Origin: a virus
Strand: one strand, 5' to 3'
DNA length: 64,000 nt
Virus record (IMG/VR): IMGVR_UViG_3300028376_000003
Location: 1-64,000 of that record
Every line of letters starts with the position of its first letter. Positions within the stretch are counted from its first letter, which is position 1. The notes beneath the pieces were generated by a model. It saw only the letters and a program-made list of their open reading frames with translations. It was not told the DNA's origin and made no database searches. A program made the position numbers and the translations under genes. Positions 19,500 to 30,893 of this stretch are shown here, piece after piece.

Positions 19500-22388
19500 A
19501 TGGATAAGAGATTATTAGATGCACTAGATAATATAAGTTATGGCTTAGAGGAATTAGCAAGATCCTTAGAAAGTAAGGATACTCCTAAATCTGCTACTGC
19601 ACAAGCCATACAAAGTGGTGATTTTGGTAAACAATTACAAACCATATCTATTAGTATAAATGAGATAAAGGCTAATACACAAGACATACTAAAAAATCAA
19701 GAGACTATTATAGAACTCTCTAAACAAAAAGAGGGTGAAAAAACAGAAGGTATCCAAGTTGGTGAAGATAAAAAGGAAAAAATAGAGAGGGGTGTTGGTA
19801 CAATCCTTATGATTGCAGTTGCTGTCTTAGCCATTGGATCAGCATTTAATTTAGTTGGTTCAGTAGATGTTATGTCAGTTATTGGACTTTCTCTAGCAAT
19901 CACAATATTATCTATTGCCTTTGAAAAGGTCGCTAGTTTAAATCTAAGTCTAGAAAGTGCCGCAATAGCATCTGGTGCGTTAGTACTAGCATCTATTGCA
20001 CTTACTATATCTAGCTATTTTTTATCACAGTCTAAGCCAATATCAGGCGAACAGTTCGCAAGCCTTATAGTAATGTCATCAGCATTTGCAATACTGTCAT
20101 ATGGTGTTAAGAATATGATAGATGCGTTTAGAGGTGCATCATTTACAGATATAATAACTGCATCTTTATTCATACCAATTATATTACCAGTAATATCTTG
20201 GGCAGTATCAAAATCCTCGGAATATTTAGCAAATACTCAACCGTTAGGCTTAGTGTCATTCTTTGGTGCTATAATGACTATGGGAATATTTGTAGTAATG
20301 TCATATGGTCTTAGGAATATAATATCAGCATTTAAAGGAATGGACTTAGGAACTGCTGCTTTGGCAGCTGGTTTGTCATCAGTTATCTTCATTGGGTTTT
20401 CTATGGCTATTATGGCTTCCTCTCACTTTTTAAAAGATGTACAACCTCTAGGTCTAACACAATTCTTTTCAGCGGCTATGGTAAGTGGTATATTTGTTTT
20501 ACTGTCATTTGGTCTAAGACAAATAATCACATCGTTTAAAGGAATGGACTTTAAAACTGCTATTGTTGCATCATTGGCAGCACCTGCTATATTTACTGGA
20601 CTATCCCTAGCTATTATGGCTTCTTCGCATTTTTTGAAAGAAACTGCTGATATAGATTCTTCTAAAATGCTTAATATATTATTATTAGGATCAACAATGG
20701 CTATAGTTGTCTCTCTTATGGTATTACCTATAAAATTGATTGATAAATTAAAACTATCACCTGGTGCTATTGCAAAAGGTGGCTTGTCTATTATAGCACT
20801 TGCTGGTGTGATTGCGGCATCTTCTCAATTACTTAACCTAGGTAATTATGAAGATTTCCCAGATATGGATTGGATAACTGGTGTTGGTTTGTCACTCTTG
20901 GGTTTTGGTGCTGCCGCAATTGGACTAGGATTGTTTGTTGCTGGTCCACAAGCACTTGTTTTTGCAGCAGGTTTAGTTGCTATACTTGGTGTGGCTGGAA
21001 CTATAGTGGCTACATCTAAAATACTTAGAGAGGGTAATTATAACATTCCCAATATGACAGAATGGGCAAAATCAACTGCATTGTTATTCTCCACGTTTGC
21101 ACCAATAATGGTTGCATTAGGTGCAGTTGGATTAGCATCATCTGTTGTTAAGTTTTTTGGTGCAGAAAGCCCTTGGGATAAAGCTAAAGCAATGATGTTA
21201 AGCATTGGAGATACAATTGTTGCATTGTCTTTTAAATTACAAAAAGGGAGTTATGCTGGTGGTCCAGATGAAAGTTGGGCAAAGGGAACTGCATTAGCAA
21301 TTGGTGCATTCTCAATAGTTTATGAGGCTATCTCTAAGAATAACAGTTTTTTTGGTGGAGGTGTTTCTCTTTCTGATATGAATGATGCTATTACTACCAT
21401 TTCTAAGAGTATAGTCAGTTCTGCTGATTTTTTTGCTAGCAACGCATCTAAATTTACTGGATCTTATCCTAGTGAGCAATGGTCGGCTGGTGTTGGGGCG
21501 GCAATTGGTGCATTTGCACCAGTCTATGATTTATTAATGGAAAAGTCTGGATTTTGGAAATCAGGGAAGTCTGTTATAAACGATATAAAAGCTGGTATAA
21601 GTGGCATAGCAGAAACCATTGTTAGTGTTGCTAAGATATTTTCAAGTGATGGTGTAACATGGGAAAGCTACCCAGATAAAAAGTGGAGTAGTAGTATTGA
21701 GAACGTTGTAAAGGATTTTACAATGTTAGCAAATTATATAGACGAAGAAGATGTTAATTATAAAAAAGTATTATACACTGCTAACAAAATATCATCGGTT
21801 GCAAAAATATTACATGATAAAGATGGTATGTTCACAACTAGTATAAGTCCAGACTATATGCAGAGTTTATCTAAAAACATGATAGATTTTAACGAAATGG
21901 TCAAAGAACTAACATCAGATGATGAAGGTGGGATGTTTAGTGGGTTAAGAGATAGTGCTAGTGCTATATTTGAAACCGATCCTATTGTACAGATAGCTAA
22001 GAGAATATCTGTATTGTCAGAAAGTTATGATAAATTAGCATCTTCACTTATAAATCTTAGTTCATCAATGAAATCATTAAACATAACTGATTTCAGAGAT
22101 ATGGTTAGATTTACTGGACAAATGAGTAATCCAGAGTCTTTTCAATTACAAAATGAACAAACTGTTGGTGGTGATTCAACTAACCAATCGGGTATTATCG
22201 AGACAAGAACACAAATCCAATCAGTTGATAATAGCCAACTAGAGGAAAAATTAGATAGAGTTATAGAATTACTTACTAATATAGATAGGTCTACATCTTC
22301 TTTGAATAGTGTTTTAATGGAATTTTCAGGTGATTCAGAGGATGATCCAGAGGGAACTTATAATAAAATGATAAATAAAGCAAAATAA
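19500..22388 (+). CDS. Probable tail tape measure / membrane-inserting virion protein
   Basis: 962 aa, Ala/Gly/Ser-rich hydrophobic helices, three 68-aa internal repeats, coiled-coil ends. Confidence 0.6.
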   Translation: MDKRLLDALDNISYGLEELARSLESKDTPKSATAQAIQSGDFGKQLQTISISINEIKANTQDILKNQETIIELSKQKEGEKTEGIQVGEDKKEKIERGVGTILMIAVAVLAIGSAFNLVGSVDVMSVIGLSLAITILSIAFEKVASLNLSLESAAIASGALVLASIALTISSYFLSQSKPISGEQFASLIVMSSAFAILSYGVKNMIDAFRGASFTDIITASLFIPIILPVISWAVSKSSEYLANTQPLGLVSFFGAIMTMGIFVVMSYGLRNIISAFKGMDLGTAALAAGLSSVIFIGFSMAIMASSHFLKDVQPLGLTQFFSAAMVSGIFVLLSFGLRQIITSFKGMDFKTAIVASLAAPAIFTGLSLAIMASSHFLKETADIDSSKMLNILLLGSTMAIVVSLMVLPIKLIDKLKLSPGAIAKGGLSIIALAGVIAASSQLLNLGNYEDFPDMDWITGVGLSLLGFGAAAIGLGLFVAGPQALVFAAGLVAILGVAGTIVATSKILREGNYNIPNMTEWAKSTALLFSTFAPIMVALGAVGLASSVVKFFGAESPWDKAKAMMLSIGDTIVALSFKLQKGSYAGGPDESWAKGTALAIGAFSIVYEAISKNNSFFGGGVSLSDMNDAITTISKSIVSSADFFASNASKFTGSYPSEQWSAGVGAAIGAFAPVYDLLMEKSGFWKSGKSVINDIKAGISGIAETIVSVAKIFSSDGVTWESYPDKKWSSSIENVVKDFTMLANYIDEEDVNYKKVLYTANKISSVAKILHDKDGMFTTSISPDYMQSLSKNMIDFNEMVKELTSDDEGGMFSGLRDSASAIFETDPIVQIAKRISVLSESYDKLASSLINLSSSMKSLNITDFRDMVRFTGQMSNPESFQLQNEQTVGGDSTNQSGIIETRTQIQSVDNSQLEEKLDRVIELLTNIDRSTSSLNSVLMEFSGDSEDDPEGTYNKMINKAK

Positions 22389-22423
22389 TTTAAAACATTT
22401 TACTTTATAACAGTATAATGTTT

Positions 22424-22846
22424 ATGAGTAATGTATTTAAAAATATAAAACTATTTAATTTCTATAAAAAGAGAATTAAGACTGTACAAGACACCTTAAA
22501 GCTAAAATACAATGTACGCATTGATAAAGCCGATAGAATGTATACTGTTCTAAATATACCAGAAAATTTAATTGGTGAAGCATATTCTTTAAAGAGGTCT
22601 GATATTGAAAGAATATCACAGACTTATCTTAAAGAGTATGTTACAGAATTAGGCATTTATCTAGATTCAATAGAATTAAAAGAATTACACAAGACATACA
22701 CAGTAGAAAAGGTTGGTAAATATTCTTTCTTATTAGTATTTGGATTTTCTTTGTTCAAAAGCCACAAGTACTATAACTTCATGTATTATGTGTTTACACC
22801 TTTAGTTATTTTAGGAACAGCTACATTATTTTACATTTATATTTAA
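22424..22846 (+). CDS. Hypothetical protein with C-terminal TM helix
   Basis: AAAC-N17-TATAAT at 22393-22419 favours ATG 22424. Confidence 0.6.
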   Translation: MSNVFKNIKLFNFYKKRIKTVQDTLKLKYNVRIDKADRMYTVLNIPENLIGEAYSLKRSDIERISQTYLKEYVTELGIYLDSIELKELHKTYTVEKVGKYSFLLVFGFSLFKSHKYYNFMYYVFTPLVILGTATLFYIYI

Positions 22847-22885
22847 ACTTTTACAGAATTAATAATACAAATAAAAACAAAAATT

Positions 22886-23311
22886 ATGGACAGATACACA
22901 GAATTATCAGAAGACACTATTAAAGACTTTTATGACGTTTTTAATAAGAAATCATTTCCTATTGACATCAAATTTCAATTCATAGGAGATTACAAACAAA
23001 AAACAATTATCAAAATCTCTAGAATCCCCGAAGATATTTCTTTTATATTGGATAAAGAAGTAAAGATAATTATGAATGAAGAATTAATGGATGTGTTTGA
23101 TGAAGAATCAATTCAAATATTAATTGAACAAGAGCTAGATAAGTTAGAATGTAACTTAGAAACTGGTAAAATTAAGTTGAGAAAAACAGACTTAAATACA
23201 TTTTCATCAATAGTTAATAAGTATGGTGTTGAAAAAGTAGCTAAGGCTAATCAAGTTGAAGATTTATATCAAGAACAAAAAGCAGATGGACAAACCGCAG
23301 ATTTAATATAA
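22886..23311 (+). CDS. Hypothetical protein, phage metallopeptidase-like fold without HExxH
   Basis: ILIEQELDKL where LxxHELxH would be; AAAC-N17-TACAAA at 22845-22871. Confidence 0.4.
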   Translation: MDRYTELSEDTIKDFYDVFNKKSFPIDIKFQFIGDYKQKTIIKISRIPEDISFILDKEVKIIMNEELMDVFDEESIQILIEQELDKLECNLETGKIKLRKTDLNTFSSIVNKYGVEKVAKANQVEDLYQEQKADGQTADLI

Positions 23312-23312
23312 T

Positions 23313-23561
23313 ATGGGAAAGATAAAGGCAGAAGGAGTTGGGAAAGAGTATTTAGATGCTCTAGTACTAAGATACGAATCAGAGATTAAAACAGCAGTAG
23401 CAACATTAAGATTATACACATCTGATAGATTAACTGCAATTGGGGAACACTCTGATTTACAAGATGAGCAAGATAAGTGGTTACAAAAATACCAAGACTC
23501 TAAGGGAAAACTAGAATCTATCAAAGAGATTTTTGATAGAGAAGATAAAATTAATGGATAA
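23313..23561 (+). CDS. Small coiled-coil hypothetical protein
   Basis: 82 aa, AIGEHSDL motif, operonic. Confidence 0.6.
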   Translation: MGKIKAEGVGKEYLDALVLRYESEIKTAVATLRLYTSDRLTAIGEHSDLQDEQDKWLQKYQDSKGKLESIKEIFDREDKING

Positions 23562-23580
23562 ATAAAAAAAACATAAACAA

Positions 23581-24234
23581 ATGAATAATAAAGAGAATAT
23601 ACAAACAAATGTAGTAAAACCAAGATTAAGCTTTAATGAAAATAAATTAGAGCATGTAATTTTAGATAAAAAGTATGAGGTCGCATTAGATAAAAGCGAG
23701 GCTACAATTCTAAAATATATGTCAGAAAATGAGGGTTTTGGAAAAACTTCTGATGAAAAAGATGAACTTTATAAACAAGCACAAATCCTATGGGGTGATT
23801 ATGCAACAGAACTAAGAAATGCTAAATATGTTTTCTATTTAAACAGACAACAATATAACTTTTTAACAGACACTATAACAAAGAAAATGGAATATGATGT
23901 AAATACTGTATTTCTAGCTATTGAACTTACTAACACTATGGGTAATATGAAGCTAAAAAGCAACTTCCCTGATGATAAAGTACTAGAAGGGTTTGAAGTT
24001 GATGCAACAGAAATTACCTATATCTACCATTTGATATCTAAATACAAAGTAAAGGGTCTTGATAAAAGTGCTTATAACTTTGGTAATGTATTAAAAAGAA
24101 TTGGTGATATTAGTAAAATTGTAAACTATTATGATAATACTGGTAAAACACTTTCTGGTGACATTCAAGACTGGGTGGCCAAATTTGAGCCTAATGTTAC
24201 AAAGGATACTGATGCTAAAGTAGAACAGGCATAA
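23581..24234 (+). CDS. Hypothetical protein
   Basis: 217-aa ORF followed by a strong terminator. Confidence 0.7.
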   Translation: MNNKENIQTNVVKPRLSFNENKLEHVILDKKYEVALDKSEATILKYMSENEGFGKTSDEKDELYKQAQILWGDYATELRNAKYVFYLNRQQYNFLTDTITKKMEYDVNTVFLAIELTNTMGNMKLKSNFPDDKVLEGFEVDATEITYIYHLISKYKVKGLDKSAYNFGNVLKRIGDISKIVNYYDNTGKTLSGDIQDWVAKFEPNVTKDTDAKVEQA

Positions 24235-24250
24235 TCTATTTTATAAAAAA

Positions 24251-24288
24251 ATAAAAACCCCCTCTTATTTATAAGAGGGGGTTTTTAT
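24251..24288 (+). terminator. Intrinsic terminator merged with the next promoter
   Basis: ATAAAAACCCCCTCTTAT-TT-ATAAGAGGGGGTTTTTAT; T-tract runs into TATATATAG. Confidence 0.9.
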
Positions 24289-24305
24289 ATATAGCTTAAA
24301 AACTT

Positions 24306-24635
24306 ATGAGTATTATATCAATAGTAGGAATAGTTGCAGCATCAATGACCGTCATGGGTTTCATTATAGCATTCTATAGAAAATTAAGAAATTACCTAAA
24401 AGATTTATCTACCAGAATTGATTTTATAGAACTAAGCCTTAACTCAAAGCAAAGGTTTAATTTGTTAAAAGGAACGAAAGTCAATATCATGAACTCTGAT
24501 AGAGTTATAATATTAGACCGAGACGAAGAAATTATAGTACATACCATCGACAGAAGTCTAGTTATTGGTAATATATTTAACAACACAACAAAAGTGTCAC
24601 TTACGTTAAATATACTAGGTGAAGAAATTATTTAA
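24306..24635 (+). CDS. Small protein with N-terminal TM helix
   Basis: IISIVGIVAASMTVMGFIIAF. Confidence 0.55.
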   Translation: MSIISIVGIVAASMTVMGFIIAFYRKLRNYLKDLSTRIDFIELSLNSKQRFNLLKGTKVNIMNSDRVIILDRDEEIIVHTIDRSLVIGNIFNNTTKVSLTLNILGEEII

Positions 24636-24650
24636 AATATAATAAATATT

Positions 24651-27600
24651 TTAAGTATTATCAGTTGGGACATCAAATATTGGTGTAAGTGGAGACCTAA
24701 GAGTTGGTAAATTTACTTGATTAACGCTCATTAAACCTAAGTCATTAGCACCTTTTAATTCATAATTTTTTCTATCCCTATAAATCTCACCATACCCATT
24801 ATCAGATGTAACCTCAATAGTTATAAAAGGATCAATGTTGGAATCAATTGTGAAACTATATGGCAATAAGTTACTACCTTTTCTAAATTCTTGTACTGTT
24901 TGAACTGGTTCTAAGCTTATCCTAATCCATTGTGAAATCTTTAACCAGTTAACAGAATCAGATAAAGGGGGTGTTGATGACATCAAAGCACTAGTTCTTA
25001 AAGAATAATAGTTATTATTGTATAATACTATACTTCCTACTTTATAATTTATGTTTGGTGACCATGGTAAAGCAGTATTATATTTAGAAGGATTATTAGT
25101 CCTATTAAAATCTATTACTGATTCATACAAAAAATCTAAATATCTAACTTTATCACCTCTATTATATGTTGAAAATGGCTCCCATTCTTTATAAGTTTTA
25201 TATGTTCGAATTTCTATGTCAAAACTATCGGGGATTTCTAGTTTAAACCCATCATATGCTTTAACACCCTCTGTTGTATAATCACTTTTTCCAATACCCT
25301 CTACTATTGAATAGAAGTCAATTGCACAATTATATACAGTCGATCCAGAATTTATAGGCATCAGATATGCCTCATTCATTTTACACGAAATAGGTGTCAT
25401 ATTTTCCTTAATATTTATTATCCTTATATCATGCAATCTGTGTTGTATATAGTTCGAAGTTTTTACATAAGCAAGTCCTGTTATATCTTCTATTTTATGA
25501 GTAAGTGGTATAATATTATTTTTAAGCCAATACTTCAATCCTTGTAATTTTATAATTACTTCATCAAGTGTATAGTTTATAACTCTATTACCTTCTTTAT
25601 CAGTTATCTTATAGGTTAGGTTGAATAACTTAGTTTCTTCAAAGTTAGTATTGGGATATGTGTTTTTAATGAAATCATTATCATCCCATCCTTCTGTTGA
25701 ATTATCAAAAATATCTGGTATTTCTACCTTAAATAATTTAGAAAAACTCTCGGACTCTGGATTTACGTTTCTATAATACTCGTTTAATTGTAAGTCGTTA
25801 TATCCAAAAAAATTGATAGCATTTATTATTGATTTATAAGCACCTATATAAGGATATATAAGTTGTTTCATCATAAGCATCTCCTTTCTCTTTTTATTTA
25901 AAAATGTCCAATCAATACCACCTTCTTGTATATCATATTGTTTGAATATAAATACCTCATCTGGTCCAATAAGCTTACCTTCGTTTGCTAGGTTTATCTT
26001 AAACCTCTCGTCTTCATCTTCAGTTTGTCCATAAACATTAAATCTACCTATTTCCTTATCAATAATTTTGAAGGTTGTTGATAGATAAGTAGTATCACCA
26101 ACGCTTGGGTAATTATCAATAACTGTATTTTCGTCAGAAATAAAATCATTTGAGTTTATAAAGTCTATTATTATACTTTTACTAAAAACTTGTCTTATCT
26201 TAAACACCGAGGCATTGTTTACTGATGTATATTGATTAGATTCATTAGATATGTCATTTAGATATAAAACAAGTAATTGTTCAGGTTTTAAGCCTCTATT
26301 TGATAAACTAACTGGAGAAGTATTATTTAGATATATTATACCTCTTCTATCACTACCCTCTATTATTTCTAATGTTATATCTGTCATAGAATCTGATTCG
26401 ATATCAAATCTAACACTTTCTTTTTTATATAATTTTAAAATAGATTGATATGCCCCCTCTAGCGTAGACTTATATCCTAAAAAGAGTTCCAAAGGCTCAA
26501 CATCAGTAGATACGTTTCTTTGGTCATCTATAAATGGTAATTCATATGATATCTTATCAAATATAGTTTGTTGAAACTCTGGTTGATTAATTCTATTTAT
26601 ATCTTTATTAGGCGATTTATTAAGAACAATCTTATCAAATGGTTTAATACCCGTGTATGAATAAGAGCCATTATTTTCTAGCTGATCACCAGTAAAATCA
26701 TATATGAAAAATTCTGGTGTTTGATTATCTTCCCATTTCCAGTACAAGCTAACTTGTGTATCTCCTTCAAAATTTTCCCTAGGCTTTCTTATATAATCCT
26801 TGGTCTTTAACCACATAGATTCTCTTTTAACATAATCAGGATTTAGTGTACCATAAAGGTTCTCGCCTACTACTTCTGGCTCTTGTTCGAATGGTGTGAT
26901 CGTAGTGTTCACTTCAACTGACATTTCTATTATTCGTTTATTACTAGGTTGTATAGCCCACATCGAATTTCGTTCGGGGTTATTGATTATTTGAGTTGCC
27001 CCACTAGTTAAGTTCTGTGTGTGTAGTATAGTTCCGTTGATAGGATTTATAACATAAACAACATCTAGTGTTTGTGATGTTAAATAAACATCACCATCAA
27101 ACTGATTTATGCCCAAAAATCCATAAGTATCTATATCATAGCTTTCTACGGAATCACTTATTATATCGACTTTTAAGAAATCTCCATCATTAGAACTACC
27201 AGTAGATATATTCATATTACCCGTTAAGTTATTAAATAAAATTTCATTAAAGTCATTACTATATTCTTCTATATCCTCTAACACACCATTATCTATCTTA
27301 CTCAAATGTGTATCTGTGAAAAAATAAATAGATTCCTCGACTGGTTCATAGAATAGTTCTGATTTTAACACACCAGCATCATATACATTTTGTATAGTTC
27401 TGTTGGAGTTTATTCTAATTATAAATCCATTATCTGTTGATACATACATATCTCCTTCAAAGTCGTTAAATACTATGTTTTTAGTATTACTAACATTTAA
27501 TGGAAATTCATTTATATTGCTATCTATTGTCCTAGATGGTATGTTTGATAAGTTTATACTCCCCCATATTGATATTTCTGGTAGATTATAAAATGTTACA

Positions 27601-30452
27601 TAAACATCACCATTCAATGGATTAAAGTCTATATCAAAAGCTTCTCCATTATTTTGAAATTCTACAATCCCAATTACCATATTTGTTAAGGGATTTATAA
27701 TATACATGCTATTAATAGTTAGTGCATACAAATAATTATTAATATTATTATATTTAAGTTTTATACTTCCGTTGTTATTTATTAGGTCAATTATTGTAAC
27801 AATATTTGATGTTGATGCATTGTGAACTATAAGAGAGTCTGCTAGTGTGTATATAGAGTTAGAGTTCTGTATATAGATTATATCAACCATATTATCAGCA
27901 CCAGAAAATCTATTTAAATCAAATTCGATAACTTCATAGTCATTAGCATTAAAATCAATCTTAAACTGACTATTACTTTTATCTAGATTTAAATTATTAT
28001 CTGGCTCTAAGTTTCTAAATTCAGTATTAAACGGACTTGTAATTGTTCTATCTGGGGATAACGGTTCACCACATCCAGTTAAACCATAACCATTATCAAA
28101 TGCCAATGTTACAAATGCAGATGAATTACAAATACTAGATGTAAGACCCCAAAATGGGCCTTCATAACTTATATTCATTATGAGTGGGTCTAGGTATTGG
28201 ATAGTATATTCTTGATTAACTAAAGAATATATAGTATTGTTTATACTCAAAGCCATACCAGTTGCAAATCCATATTCTTCAAAATCTTCTAAACTCTCAT
28301 CTCTATCTCTTGGTAATAGGATTTCATTTGATGATATTATAACACCCTCATTGCCCTTTATTAAGTTATTTATCTCAAAGTCTTTTAACCCAGGTATATT
28401 AACCTTACCAGTTGTTATAGTATAATCTAATCTTCTCTTTAGGTCTTTTATATCAAATATCAAAAGTTGATTTATGTTTTTGACAATTATACCAAAATCA
28501 TTCAATCTATTATTGTGTTCTCTAACCCATTTGCTTATTGTTGATATCACATCTGGTGTGTTAGTACTACTATTATAAATAGTTTGTACACCATATGATA
28601 TACCATTTATTCTTATATCTAGATACCCACCCAAGTCTCTAAATAATACTCTTGAATGTTCTATATAATAATTAGCAGTTGTCCCAACTAATACATCATC
28701 CACGCTAACAGGTACATTTGGATATTGTGATAATACTCTGATTGAATTATAGAAAAGAGAAGTAGTGTTTCCAGAAAATCTAAGTTGAATATCTATACCT
28801 AGTTTAAATAATTCGATATAATTTCTACTCAACCAGTTTCTAAGTGTTCTATCTATTGTTCTTTCTACATCAATAGAGTTTTTTCCCGAAAATATAAAGC
28901 TAACTTCTTCTTCATATATCATACCATTTATATTTACCTTTATACCAAATTCATCTATGTCTGTAAAAACTATTTTAAAATCAAAAAGTTCTGAATTATT
29001 ATAATTAAGTTCGTAATCTAAATCTTCTCCAACACCAACTAGTCTTTCTATGGCTTTAAAAAACCCTCCAATTTTATTGGTATTTATAGCCTCAGTGTGA
29101 TAAAAATTGACATTAGCATACTGGCTTGGATAAACCAAATCAGCATTAACCTGATTATTCTCATAATATAGGTCTATGTTAAATAAATTTAAATCATCTT
29201 TATATTTTTCTATTGCAGATGCTAGTGTTATTTCTTTGTTAGTATCCCAACTATAAGTGAAATAAAATCTATCTGTAGTAAGGTATAACTGACCTAATGA
29301 TATATTATCTGGTTGTAATATTTGTTCTATTTTTATATAATCGGGTCTACCCCATTTTTCGCTATTACTAGGTGTGATTGATGATGTTTCAATATTTGAA
29401 AAAGATTGTACATAATTCTCTTTACACTGAAATATTCTGTTGTTGAATGTAACTTGGTCACCCACTATAAAATCGGTTGTTGTTAATATCCCATCCCAAT
29501 TTCTCAAATCAGATACTCTTAAAAACACATCACTGTTTATACTTCCCTCTATTTTGAACTCAGTACCAGGTTTTATGATAGCTGGATAAAAGTTTGGATC
29601 TATGTTTATCCTACTATCACTATCTATAACTATTCCCCCATTATATATCCTTGGTAAATCGGTTTTTGATATCACCTCAATAATAAAGTCTTTATCATCT
29701 GGTAATTCATCCTTATGTAATAAATATTCATAGTGGATTAAGTCAATAAGTTTTGTGTTATCAACAGTAACTACTTTGTCGTTTAATTTAGAATTTATTA
29801 TATTCAATTTTTTGCCTATAAAATATTTATCATAAAATTCTGGTTCGCTCCAATCTGATAACTTTTCTTTATAAGTTTCTATATCTATATAATCATAAAC
29901 ACCAATACAATTGACACCAGATAATTTTTGGTTTATATAAGAGTTTTCATTTTCATAGAGTTGTTGATAATCTATTTCAAAGCTTTTATTATCTACTTGT
30001 GATAGTATAAGTATAGCATTGCTTTTATTACCAGAAACTACGTAGGTCTTATTAGGGTTATTGAACTCCAAGAAAGGATTATCGAATGATACAATAGTTC
30101 CAATTGGAAACTTAGCTTGGAAATCATCACCATATATCCATTTAGAATAAAATCCGACATCGTTGTTTACTGGTTCTATTTTAGTTATGTCTTGGCTTTT
30201 TAAGTCAGTGCCATAAAAGTGTATTCCCCTCTCATTAAACAACTGAAACTTTCTTGTAGTTAATTCATTAGGTCTTTCAAAGTCAAATGATGGTACGTCT
30301 TCAAACATATAAAGTCCGTATGTTTTATATATATCAGTAGAGCTCTCATGGAAGAGTATATCTCCCTCGAATCTATTAACTGATTCATTATAATTGAAAT
30401 TAAGGAAATCTCCTTCTTTATTAAACCAAATTAGATTTTCGTGATTAGACAT
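24651..30452 (-). CDS. Very large virion structural protein (baseplate/tail), with beta-propeller region and CBM5/12-like modules
   Basis: 1933 aa; FNPLNGDVYV-type blade repeats; W..xxxYxxGDxVxY motifs; YIGAYKSIINAINFFGY; AATATATA at 30473-30480. Confidence 0.65.
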   Translation of the reverse strand: MSNHENLIWFNKEGDFLNFNYNESVNRFEGDILFHESSTDIYKTYGLYMFEDVPSFDFERPNELTTRKFQLFNERGIHFYGTDLKSQDITKIEPVNNDVGFYSKWIYGDDFQAKFPIGTIVSFDNPFLEFNNPNKTYVVSGNKSNAILILSQVDNKSFEIDYQQLYENENSYINQKLSGVNCIGVYDYIDIETYKEKLSDWSEPEFYDKYFIGKKLNIINSKLNDKVVTVDNTKLIDLIHYEYLLHKDELPDDKDFIIEVISKTDLPRIYNGGIVIDSDSRINIDPNFYPAIIKPGTEFKIEGSINSDVFLRVSDLRNWDGILTTTDFIVGDQVTFNNRIFQCKENYVQSFSNIETSSITPSNSEKWGRPDYIKIEQILQPDNISLGQLYLTTDRFYFTYSWDTNKEITLASAIEKYKDDLNLFNIDLYYENNQVNADLVYPSQYANVNFYHTEAINTNKIGGFFKAIERLVGVGEDLDYELNYNNSELFDFKIVFTDIDEFGIKVNINGMIYEEEVSFIFSGKNSIDVERTIDRTLRNWLSRNYIELFKLGIDIQLRFSGNTTSLFYNSIRVLSQYPNVPVSVDDVLVGTTANYYIEHSRVLFRDLGGYLDIRINGISYGVQTIYNSSTNTPDVISTISKWVREHNNRLNDFGIIVKNINQLLIFDIKDLKRRLDYTITTGKVNIPGLKDFEINNLIKGNEGVIISSNEILLPRDRDESLEDFEEYGFATGMALSINNTIYSLVNQEYTIQYLDPLIMNISYEGPFWGLTSSICNSSAFVTLAFDNGYGLTGCGEPLSPDRTITSPFNTEFRNLEPDNNLNLDKSNSQFKIDFNANDYEVIEFDLNRFSGADNMVDIIYIQNSNSIYTLADSLIVHNASTSNIVTIIDLINNNGSIKLKYNNINNYLYALTINSMYIINPLTNMVIGIVEFQNNGEAFDIDFNPLNGDVYVTFYNLPEISIWGSINLSNIPSRTIDSNINEFPLNVSNTKNIVFNDFEGDMYVSTDNGFIIRINSNRTIQNVYDAGVLKSELFYEPVEESIYFFTDTHLSKIDNGVLEDIEEYSNDFNEILFNNLTGNMNISTGSSNDGDFLKVDIISDSVESYDIDTYGFLGINQFDGDVYLTSQTLDVVYVINPINGTILHTQNLTSGATQIINNPERNSMWAIQPSNKRIIEMSVEVNTTITPFEQEPEVVGENLYGTLNPDYVKRESMWLKTKDYIRKPRENFEGDTQVSLYWKWEDNQTPEFFIYDFTGDQLENNGSYSYTGIKPFDKIVLNKSPNKDINRINQPEFQQTIFDKISYELPFIDDQRNVSTDVEPLELFLGYKSTLEGAYQSILKLYKKESVRFDIESDSMTDITLEIIEGSDRRGIIYLNNTSPVSLSNRGLKPEQLLVLYLNDISNESNQYTSVNNASVFKIRQVFSKSIIIDFINSNDFISDENTVIDNYPSVGDTTYLSTTFKIIDKEIGRFNVYGQTEDEDERFKINLANEGKLIGPDEVFIFKQYDIQEGGIDWTFLNKKRKEMLMMKQLIYPYIGAYKSIINAINFFGYNDLQLNEYYRNVNPESESFSKLFKVEIPDIFDNSTEGWDDNDFIKNTYPNTNFEETKLFNLTYKITDKEGNRVINYTLDEVIIKLQGLKYWLKNNIIPLTHKIEDITGLAYVKTSNYIQHRLHDIRIINIKENMTPISCKMNEAYLMPINSGSTVYNCAIDFYSIVEGIGKSDYTTEGVKAYDGFKLEIPDSFDIEIRTYKTYKEWEPFSTYNRGDKVRYLDFLYESVIDFNRTNNPSKYNTALPWSPNINYKVGSIVLYNNNYYSLRTSALMSSTPPLSDSVNWLKISQWIRISLEPVQTVQEFRKGSNLLPYSFTIDSNIDPFITIEVTSDNGYGEIYRDRKNYELKGANDLGLMSVNQVNLPTLRSPLTPIFDVPTDNT

Positions 30453-30521
30453 TCAAGATATTATATTTGATTTATATATTAATTTTAGTCTTTCTTGCTA
30501 GTGTGTTTTAATATATATAGT

Positions 30522-30893
30522 ATGAATATTAGGAGATACATCAAATATTTAAATGATAGTTTTCTACGGAGAGTGTTTAGTAAAAAATATAAAAGATGTG
30601 TTAGGTCTAAACTAATATCTAAAGAAATACTTAAATTAATAAAAGATAAAGGAATAAATGATTGGAACTCTTATAATAACATGAAAGATATAGACCAAGA
30701 TATAGTCAATTCTATAATATTTACTAAATCCGAAGATATAGACCAGATAATGGAAATAAAGTTCTTAATAAGGTATATGTTATCTGATAAAAGGGAATTA
30801 ATGGTATATTTGAAAACATTGGAATTAAACGAAGAATATGAAAAATGTCAAATGGTTTTTGATAAAATAATAAACAAACATGGGGATAATTAA
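30522..30893 (+). CDS. Hypothetical protein with leader-like N-terminus and UVR-like C-terminus
   Basis: ATG 30522 lies 4 nt after AATATATA; MNIRRYIKYLND; ends NEEYEKCQ. Confidence 0.55.
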   Translation: MNIRRYIKYLNDSFLRRVFSKKYKRCVRSKLISKEILKLIKDKGINDWNSYNNMKDIDQDIVNSIIFTKSEDIDQIMEIKFLIRYMLSDKRELMVYLKTLELNEEYEKCQMVFDKIINKHGDN

